A stretch of 64,000 nt of DNA, taken from Vicugna vicugna. Lineage: Eukaryota. Below, in pieces: positions 37,124 through 47,250 of this stretch (within the stretch, counting starts at the first letter, position 1; each line of letters opens with the position of its first letter). Both the position numbers and the translations under genes were made by a program. Location of the stretch: contig MU057801.1 in assembly GCA_013265495.1 (NCBI GenBank), positions 1,915,879-1,979,878 of the forward strand. The letters are read 5' to 3'. Under the pieces are notes generated by a model. It was not told where the DNA came from. It made no database searches and worked only from the letters and a program-made list of their open reading frames with translations.

Positions 37124-40100
37124 CCCCATACAGACTTTCCAAGCCTTGGAACTTGGGCTGACGGCATTTTAATGAACTTGAGCGCCTGACAGACCCCCTC
37201 CCCAGCCCCCATGATTTTCAGGAAGAGGCATAAACCAGCAAACCCCAGCAAGGCCACGGTGAGTGTGTGTGCCCCCCGGAAAAGGAAACACTAACCCTGG
37301 GGTTGGCTCCCCGGCTCCCACGCCCCGCCCCACCCAGCACCCCCAGTCGATCTGCAAATTTTCAGTTCCAACAAAAATCGTTTGGAGGGGGCAATAGTTC
37401 TCCTTTTAATAATAAAAAGAAGTCTTTCTGGGGCCTCTGAACCAGCTTCGAGACTCCATGTTCTCACACCAGGATCACTTTCATTCCGAGATCGGTACCC
37501 GCGAACCATCACTTCACAGCAAGAAAGACCCAAGGCAAATAAATGCCTTCAACTTCCCAGACTCTGGGCTAGAAACCAACCTGGTATTTAAATCGGCATG
37601 GATATCCCTCTGTTGTGTCGAAGTATTATCACGGTTTCCCCAGAGATACTGTGTTTCTTTTTTCTTTTCTAGTAAATTTTTATTTTCCCCCCCAGCATGC
37701 ATGCCTTAAGCGTTTTATCCAGTTTAAACGATGGGGATTTAAATTGCTATTTTAGTGGAAGAGGCTTGATTAAAACCTGTGTCCTCATCAAATTATTGGA
37801 CAGTGGTTCTTGGGCTCTGTTTACATTAGTGTCAACCTTAATTTAAATTCTGCATAACTATATTTGCTTCGCTAAATGCATTCGCCAGGAACACATCACA
37901 AATTACTTTGCATTATGAGCAGACTCTTTGTCTATTGCAAAGTGTTTAGAAATTAGCGCCATAAGTAACTAGCTGTAAGTGTCACTCGATCTCTTTAATG
38001 CCTCATTAATCAACCCCGTGGCAGCTGCTGTCCAGGCCCGTCTCTCTCGTAGAAGATGGGTGTCTCTCGCTCCTTGCTTCTGACCACAGTCTTTTAAATC
38101 TGATTTATTATTTGTGCGTTTGCCCTCCCCTGGGCAGCCCCGGCCTTGGGAGCCTCCCGATGCAGGCAGCTCTGCACTGCCCACCAGTTTCCCGTGCATT
38201 CTTCGCAGAAACTGGCAATTAAAACAAAAGAACGATTTCCCTCTCTTGGAAATGCATGATCTCAGAAGGAGGAACGTCGCTTCCCTGAGCCGTCACCGCG
38301 ATTCAGCATGATCTTCTGATCACTCTGGGAAAATTTTCCCGGACAAGTTTTCCTCTGTGGCAAGACTTTCAGAAAAGAAAGACGTTCTCCCAGGGTGACT
38401 GCAACCTCCACCCTGGCCTCAGGTTTCAGAAAGATGGGATGCTTTTAGTCCAAGCACCTAACCAGGGGAGAACCGTGTGTTTGTGTCTGTTCCTTTATGA
38501 TGGGATATGATTTCTGTCCTAAACACAAAATTTTTTACTTTGTGCAAAAGAAATGCAGAACAACTCATAATTGATATTTTTATTACAGTCCTTACAGGGA
38601 AAAAGGTTACCAATCATACATCCATGTTTATACAAAATCATAACAAAAAGGACCGTTGCTACAAGATCTTTTTTTTTTTTTTTTGGTCTTTTTATGGGGC
38701 CATCAAGTATTTGCAAATGTCTAAAAGAACCTTTCCCTGTGTTCCACCCACCCTCCCTGCATCACTCACACACAACCCCTCCCAAACCCTTTGAACCACA
38801 TTTAATCTCACTGGCGTTAAATTACTCAGCAGCTCTGCTGGACAGGGCTGCCCTGCAGGACGTCTGGAGTGGGCGTGGGCCCGACGGCGGGGTGTGGCAG
38901 GCCGGCCGCCAGGTTCCCCGTGGCCGTGGGGCAGGCACCAGGCTCCCCACGAAGTCGGGAGGTGCAGAGACAACAGGTGCTCCGTCCCTGGCGGCGGCCG
39001 CACGTGAGGCCAGCTCATCCGGGCCGAATCTCAACAGGAGGCCTTTGGCTTCCTGGCCTCTTCCCTTCTGACCTCCCAGCAGGAAAAATCCACCCAAGGT
39101 TTTTTTTTTCCCTGCCAGTTTTGTCAGTGTGAAAAAAACAAACCCACAAACAAACAGCCTTGAAACTTTGCGTTTCCCGCAGGTGGGCTTCCGGCCGTGA
39201 GCAGTTCATGCAATCTTGGTAAACCAGGCACTCTCTTTGGTCTTCAACTTTTTGCGTTTTCACCTTCTAAAACCATTCAGGCTGAATAAGCCAGAGCACA
39301 ATGGAACGAAGCAGTGTTGTCTGGCTCCCAAACCCTCCTCGCAGGCAGAGCCCCTCGGTCCGAACACGCAGACGTGCAAACCTGTGTGAGAGCTGGACTT
39401 GAAAAGTCAACCTCGTGCAAACCCCACTTTGGGCTTATTTTTAGATTATTATGATGCCTACTTTCTCTTAAAATAAGCTCTGACTTTAAAAGAGCAAATA
39501 TGATCGAGCACGGTGGTTACAGCGTCGGGGACATTGGCTCTGATTAAAGGTGTAATTAACAGCAATCACAAAAGTCTTTTTCTGTCTCCTCTCCTGTTCG
39601 TCCTGTTTGGACTCTGATGTCAGCCACCTCTGTTCATTAGGACCCTGGACAAAATAAATGTGGGGAGGAGGCATCCGAAATGATTTTCACAAGTGACAAC
39701 TGAGCCTTTTCAAGACGGTCAATTCAAAACCTGTGCTCCTTTTCAGCAGCCGCAGAAGCCTGATTATTTAAACCAAAAATCCTGCCTTGCTCCCCCTTCC
39801 TCGAGTTTCACCCTCCCCTCCTTCCCCACCCCAGAGGCCACATTCGGGCTTGGCAACCAGTACAAACCACAGACCCCTTCCGTTTAAAGGCCCCTCAAAG
39901 ACCGTGTCTGATCACAGCTTGGATTTAAGAAAAAAGAAAGATCGAGAATCAGACACAGGCGATGTCACAGTCCCACCCCCTTCCCCCGATTCTGCCACTG
40001 TCACCCTCACCATCCATCCCCTCATGGGAGAGAAGAGAGCCAAGCCTCACCCGCTACAGTAAGACACCCCGAGATTCAGGGGGAGAAGGGCGGCCTTCGT

Positions 40101-43100
40101 CGGCTGCAGGCTGCAGCCGTGCTCTGATCTGGCCGGAGGAGCCCAGGGACAACAAAAGCCCCCACAGAAGGGCCGGCAGTGGCCTGGGAAAGCCGCTAGC
40201 CCAGCATTGTGGGCCCTTCTGCTGAGCAAATAGTGCAAACTGCGCGTCCCCGTCTCCTGTTCTCTCCCTGGTACGTTGTGTGTGTCCCTGCATCTCATTC
40301 TGCAAGGAAGGTTGCTCGCTGGGCCTGCAAGCAAACAGTCCAGAGAGGAGCCAGCCGCCCTCTCCCCTTCCCCGGAGAACTAGCATTTTTATTTCAGCTC
40401 CAAGCTGTCAAAGACCTGGAGAGTTTATGTCAGTGTCCTGAATTAATTGCTCTAAGCTGGAGCGGGCTCCACGGGCTGCCAAATGTCCAGAAGATGTTTA
40501 CTAATTGCGCTTCCTCCAGGACTCTGGCCCCAAGCCATCCCTTGGTGGTGGCCTTCATTCTGCTGCCACCGGCTCACCCCTGGCCTCTTGGTCCCGGGGG
40601 GTGAGGGCTTTGCCTCCTCCAGCCAGCCATCGTGACAAAATTTAGGATTGCCTGGGATAAAAAAAAAAGTCCACCTGTGTGTCAGGACATGGATGTTGCG
40701 CCTCTTTGTTCTGGCCCAGAAGGGTCCCCGAGTTACAGAAACTATGAGTGACCCTGAGTGGGGCAGGGAGGGAGACCCCGCTGTGTGCGAGCTCACTGAG
40801 CCCAGGCAATTAGCAGAGGGAGCCGGAGAAACTGCCTCCCTCTGCTCCCCCGCCTCCTCCCCGCAAAAGAAAATTCAGGGAGGCTGACAACATGATATAT
40901 TTTGAAGTTTTCCTGGTACCAAAAAAAAAAAAAAGCCTCTTTAATAGAATGAAATAATAAACCAATTTATATACCGATATAAGACCGGGATCGTGAGTGC
41001 CACTGTGTAATTTTCCACTTGACTTTTCATTATCTACCTGAACAAAATCAATCTATATGTATGGGATCAACATACAATTCCAGCGATAAAAGCTGAAAAT
41101 AAATGTGCTCTGCATACCCCGGAGATAAAAGACACAGCCCTCCGCACTGCCGTTCCTTCTCCAGCAGACGCGTTTGTGAAATAAATTGTGTGTCAAGAAA
41201 AGACGAGACGTACGTAGTGGGGTATCTGGAGCGCGGGCTCATTTGCTGGAAATACTGGTCGCACCGAGCGCCGGTTATTAAGTGCCCTGCTGACGACACC
41301 GGGTTTACCCCGAGCGCACTCCGGGTCAAGGCTTCTCCCAGCCAACGCTCCCTGTCATAAAAAAAAAGAAAAAGAAAGGGACTTGCCCTATTAACATGGA
41401 TTTAAAGCTGAGGACGTCAAAGGCCTTCTGAGGCCTCTCCGCGGAGACAAAGCGCACTGACAACTCACGTTATGCTAGAAAGCTCCACACAGCCAGGGGC
41501 CAGCTTCAGAGGGTCCCTCAGTCGTCGAAAGGGACGCAGAGGTGCCCGCGCCCCTCGGGGTAACACGTTTTACTTTGCACAAGTTGGGTTCCATCCCTTC
41601 GGTGCCCCAACACCCACAAGCAGCACTGAGAATGGGGCAGCCCTGTCCACACCGGCCACGCCCAGGTCTTGACCACTCTCCTTCTCTGGGGACACGTCAC
41701 CATCCGCACCGCCCATGTGCGCCGCAGTGGGCAGGTGGCAGAGGCTCACGTGGGCGTGCCTGCCGCATTCAGGGTCCCTTGAGGAACATGCGCCGCTGGG
41801 GGACTCACAGGGCCAGGCTGGCCACGCCTGGCCCTTCCACGGGGCAGGGGCTACCTGCCCACGCTTTATTGGCCAGCAAAAAAAGGCCCCCAAGGAATGG
41901 GTCCCGGACCACCTTTTCACCCTAGTCACTCAGAACGTGGCCTTTTTCTGGTCATTGAAAGTAATGATGTCTCGGGCCAAAGACTCAGAAAGCGCATCCC
42001 TGCAACGTGCTTCGTCCCGCAGAAGCTCGGCGACCTCAGGGGAGGTTAAGCGTCTTCTTAGGCGACTTCCGTTGGCGCCGGAGGACAAGTCAGCACTTTC
42101 ACACTTGAACACCTCTGTGCGGACTGATCGTAGTGGCTGCTGGGCTGGTGGTTCGGTCCAAGTCTGCACATGGCAACTTTCACGCCCCCCCTTCCCCTGT
42201 GCCGGGAGCGCCGTGCTCGGGCCCAGCGCCCTCCTCAGCCCGCAGACGTTCACGGACGAGTCTGGGAGAGCCCCCAGAGCAGTGTGACGGCCGGGCGATG
42301 GCCTCTTAGGGGCGCTCCTGTGGCCGTGAAGGTTCAGCGTGGGGAGAAGCTCGTGCACCTCGTCACGTGGGCTTCTTAGGAACACAAGTATCGCCCCCCC
42401 ATCTGTCTCATGGCCGCAGGGCCGTGAGGAAGCGGATCTGGAGAAAACATAAGAACGCAGTCAAGGAGCACTAGGCGGTCATTAGCCCCTTGTTTGAAAA
42501 GTGAACCACATCCTGACGGCACGTTTTCGAAAAGTCCCTGTATTTTCACTGCAAAATTGATGCCTTTTATGCCTGGAGCATTTGGCTGCCATGAACTCAA
42601 GGTGTATTTTGTCCATGGTTTGATTACGTAATTCACAATTTGATTACTCCGTGACCCAGCCACTTACTCTGCATCTTAGAGAGCCCAGTCGGACAGCCCG
42701 CGAGCTTCACACACTGCCCAGAGGTTCCTTTCAGAGTTTTGTCCCCCTGAGTTTCCTGAAGAAACAGACTGCACCAGAACAGCTGTTCCTACTTCCACAG
42801 GCACGTCTGCTGATCTTGCAGGACGTCGCTGCCAGGTGCCACCACCGCCATCGTCTTGGGGACAAGGCTCCGTGCCGAAGCTCAAACACAGAGTCAGACG
42901 GCAGTGCAGGTTTACAAGGGGCATATTTACCAAACCGAAGAAGCAGAGTCTTTTCAAAAGGTATCTTTAGTGGTCACGTCAGAGTTGAACTGTTTCGATG
43001 TCATTTCCCAGGGAAGAAAAGTGGACGCATCCAGTAAGCGTGCAGAAGTGCGTGCAGCCAGAGAGAGAGAGTTGGGTGGGAAGTTAGTGCCAAGTGTCGC

Positions 43101-43597
43101 TAGAGCTGACGTTTTAAAAAAATGTGTATCACCAGTTAAAATATTTAAAGGAGGAGGTGAAGTATGTAACCAACTTCAGGCTGAGGGTGAAAACATGCCC
43201 CTTCTTGGCTAACAGTCAATTAACAGCCCCCTGCCCACCGGCTGCTGGACACCCACTGGACCGCGGAAAACGGAGGACATCATATGCGAATAAATGCAAG
43301 CTGGCCTGGAACTGTTTTCCTGCCTAGATAGCCTAAGCTAATTTATTTCCCCTCAACAATCGCCTCATTCTCCTCTTCCAGTGAGTGTGCGGCGTCGCTG
43401 CCAATAGCCAAAGTGCAGGGCTCTCCTGATCGCCACCAAAGCCAGCCCCCGCTGGGGCAGCCCCTCACCCAGGTGTGGAGAGAGACAAGGAACCCATTTC
43501 ACAGACAGAGCTACAAAGTCACCCTGCCCCGGAGGCAGGCGCTTCGCGTCTCTTTTCGTAAAGATCAAAAGGGTATTAGGGTATTTTTTTTTCAAAG

Positions 43598-43601
43598 TTT
43601 C

Positions 43602-43652
<51 letters not shown>

Positions 43653-43724
43653 TCCTTTCTTTCTTTTTTCTTTTCTTTCTTTTCTTTCTTTCTTTCCTTT
43701 CTTTCTTTTTTCTTTTCTTTCTTT

Positions 43725-43776
<52 letters not shown>

Positions 43777-43912
43777 TCGCTTTCTCTCTTTCTTTCTTTC
43801 CCTCTTTCCTTCTTTCTTTCCTTCCTTCCTATTCCTTTCTTTCTTTCTCTCTTTCTTTCTTTCCCTCTTTCCTTCTTTCTTTCCTTCCTTCCTTCTTTCT
43901 TTCCTTCTTTTT
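43598..43912. repeat. Compound (TTTC)n/(TTCC)n microsatellite, ~315 bp homopyrimidine tract
   Basis: Directly visible; only two purines (43779, 43831). Confidence 0.98.
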
Positions 43913-46399
43913 GGAGAGCGGTGGGAGCTGAGGTTGGGCACCGGATGAAACGTGGCCCTAAACCAGAGCCTCTCGCTCACTCCTCCAGCACCAGCCACTC
44001 AGCTCAGTAAAGACAACATCCCACCTCCAGGCTCACTGAATCATCAGCACAGAAATCTATTCAGAAGAGGGTAAGACCCAGAAATGAGACCAGGAGAGGG
44101 CTTGGCCAGGCCCTAAAGATGCCACAAACCTTCCACAGTACTTAAAATGTACTTCAAGTGGCCCTAGAACAAAAGCATCGCTTTTAAAGATGAAAGGAAA
44201 AAGAACTGAAACTTTTCCGTGGTGACAGTGGGAAAGGTGAATGAAATTTTCTTTTTGAACACCTACTGTCACCAAGAAAAAAAATGACCTGGTTATAACC
44301 CACAGAATGCTGGAGAGACACATGTAACTTCTTTAATGTCTCAGAGTCTCCACCAAGTTGTTTAAAACATTTTTAAACGTGGACAACCAAAGGAAAAAAA
44401 TCTCTAGAATTCAATAAACATAGGGCCCAGACAGGGGCCCATGGCGCCTTTATCACAGGATACATGCAAGCAGAGGGCCCACACTCACTCCATACATGTT
44501 CCAACTTTTCTTGACTTGAAAACGTTTTCAAATGCATTTCCTCAGCATGCCCTTGCTATCTGACAGTGAGAATTCTGTGTCCTAGTTCCGTTTTTTCTGC
44601 CCAGTTCTTATACACACACAGACCGTAATACCAAGGAGGGAAACAGGTTTCTTTCAAAGAAACGCAGGAACAGTCACCCTGTGCAACAGCTTTGTGACGA
44701 TCTCCTTTAAGACAGCAGCTATCACACCCGCGCAGACGGACGCCGGGCCTCGGTTCCGCGCACGGCCCCAGGCGGCACCGGCAGCGGCCGCGGCCGGGCG
44801 CTGAGGTACGTGGACTTCGTGAGAATCAACCTGGATGTTCAAAGGCACCTGATGGTCTTTGCCAGAGATTCTACAGTGGAGTCACAGCTCAACACAGGGG
44901 GCATTTGGTCTCGGTGAAGCCAGGCTGGGCTTCTTCAGTGTCATTTTGAAAGAAACTGCCCACTGGCTGCAGAAATGACTGTTCCTTGTCTCAACCACTT
45001 AAAAGTTCGAAAGAAATGTCCTCAGCCCAGCACGGGAAAGTGTTTTATTTCCCAGCTCACTCAGACTTTTAAAATGATTGATGCCGGCAGTGGACACACT
45101 CAGATAAATCCGGGGACGCGTTGGGTGATCTCTGCACACTGATTTGCGGATTTATGAGGCCAAAGAACGTTCGCAGAAGTCCATTTGATTTCATTATGCT
45201 TTCCTCTGGGACGAGGGGAAGAGGGAAAGAGCGGCAAGGAACACGCCAGGACTCCTCTTGCTTTGAGGAGAAGGTTAGCCCCCATTTTCAAGTAGTTTGA
45301 AGAGTGAGAATTCTGGCACTGAAGGAGTTCGGTGCCGGCTGTCCTGGAGACGCAGGACTGGGACCAACAGCAAATACGAAGGGCAGTGTCTTTACAGCTG
45401 TGAGCTGCTCTTTTCTTTTGACCGAGAAAGTTGGAATAACATTAAGAAAAGTGCCTCCCCCCCAAAAAAGGAGGGGAGAAGATTATTACACAGTTTGCTG
45501 GATTTCCCATGGAGTAATTGCTCACAAATCATGGGATACCAGATTTCACAACTTTCAATGCTCCTGTCCCAGCTGAGAAGCCTTGTCGCGCCCCCAACAC
45601 AGGCCTGAGTCGCTATGAGGTTTGAGTCAGGGGAGAAGACTTGGAGCCACACGCCATGGCTTGGGGTGAAATTAAATAACGCGCCTGATGCCAGCGTCTG
45701 CTGGGAGCTGATTTCTGTTCACATCTTCCTCCTATTTTTGCCCGCGTCCTGCAGCTCCTGGCTCCTGTGTCCACATGCAGATGGCTACATTCTCATACTG
45801 GGCACCCAGAGAAGGTCACATGCTTTACATCAATGGCAATTAGTTGCCTTTTTAAAATGGAAAATGTCATTAAGTTCTTGAATAATTCAAGAGTAGAGGT
45901 CACAATACAGTGTCCCTTTTGGGGGTCTTTATGGTGCAAATGGCAAAACAAGGCGATCCTATCAGCAAGAGTAGATCAGAGGTTTACAATGTGCTCTATT
46001 TAGTGTGACAGGAAAATTAAATTACACGAGGCACTCATTCATCGTCACCCGTTAACAGGCTTGGGAAAACTGTGGATCCCGGGGGGCAAATCACTGATAA
46101 ATAAAAACGTCATTTTCCTTGGCTGCCGTTTCCTTTGCTCAGTTGTGAAAGTAACGAACGTAAACCTGCCCCCTACAACTCTCCTTGGAAGTGGGGTCCC
46201 AGGCCTCCAGGACAAGACCATGGCTCACGGACGGGCTAAGAATTCTGGGGGGCGTAGGCCTGCGTTCTGAGCCATGGTTGAGCTGGTCTTGATCCAGTGG
46301 ATCCGGGAAAGGAAACGGGGGATGAGTTCACATGAAAACCGACTTCCGCGGCTCCCCACCCCTCCCCTGTGGAGTTGACCCTGCGTTTCTGGGGCCGGA

Positions 46400-47250
46400 C
46401 TGCCCCTTAATCTAGGAGATCCGAGGAGGAGGCCAGGAGGGAGCAGAGTAACGCGGGGGCGACCAACCGTCCTCCCTCCCCAGGGAAGAGAAAGCCGCAG
46501 CGCCCTCGGGGCGGGCCGGTCTCGGGCTGCGGGCGGGTTGGTGGGCCAGCAGCCGAGGCAGCGCGGGCTGCGGGCGAAACGGACACCCTCGGAGGACGCC
46601 GGCTCCCGGCCGCGCCGGCACATCCTCGCCACGCACGTCCCCTGCGGCCCCCACGGTCCCAGCGAAGGCGGTGGGCGTGGCCGCCCGGGTCCCGCTCCCA
46701 CCCTTGGCCGCAGGCGGGTCGCGCAGGGCGCAGGGCCTCTCCACCCGCGCGTCCCGCCGCCGCCGCCGCCGCCGCGCGCCCCGCGCTCTCGGCACCTGCG
46801 GGGCCCGGGCGCGGCGTCCCGCTTGATAAGAACTTGGAAAAAGCAGTGGCCGCCCCTCTGCCTTTTCCAGTTGCTCTTTCCCCTTAAATACTATCGATCT
46901 GCCCTGTTCCGGCCTCCTTCATCAGACCCTGGGATGTCCCGCGTCGGCCAAGTGAGCACCGAGCGGGGCGAGCCCGAGCTCCCCGGCCCCGCACCTCTCC
47001 GCGCTTCGCGCATCTCCGCCGCCTCGGCTCCGGGCGCGGGGAGGCCCGGCGGCGGCGCGGGGAGGCTGGGCTCGGCATTGGCTCGCACCGCGCCCGACAC
47101 GCGCCCCGGCTGCGCGGACCTGGGGAGGGGGCGGCGGCGCGGGGTCCCCGCCCCTCGCCGCAGACCGAGCCCTTCCAGACGCTGCGAATCGTCCCGAAAG
47201 AGGGCCCCGGGGGCCGCCCGGTTTCCGAAGCGGGCCCGACTTTAGTAACG
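46400..47250. promoter_or_regulatory. Intragenic CpG island within the lncRNA locus
   Basis: Very dense CpG and a (GCC)n run at ~46755-46775. Confidence 0.9.

Noticed and set aside
1018..37500. Numerous 60-317 aa ORFs in the left half
   Set aside because: No domain similarity or exon structure; P/G/R/A-rich products typical of GC-rich non-coding DNA and repeats.
43413..43998. F/L/S-rich and K/E/R-rich ORFs
   Set aside because: Translations of the TTTC microsatellite.
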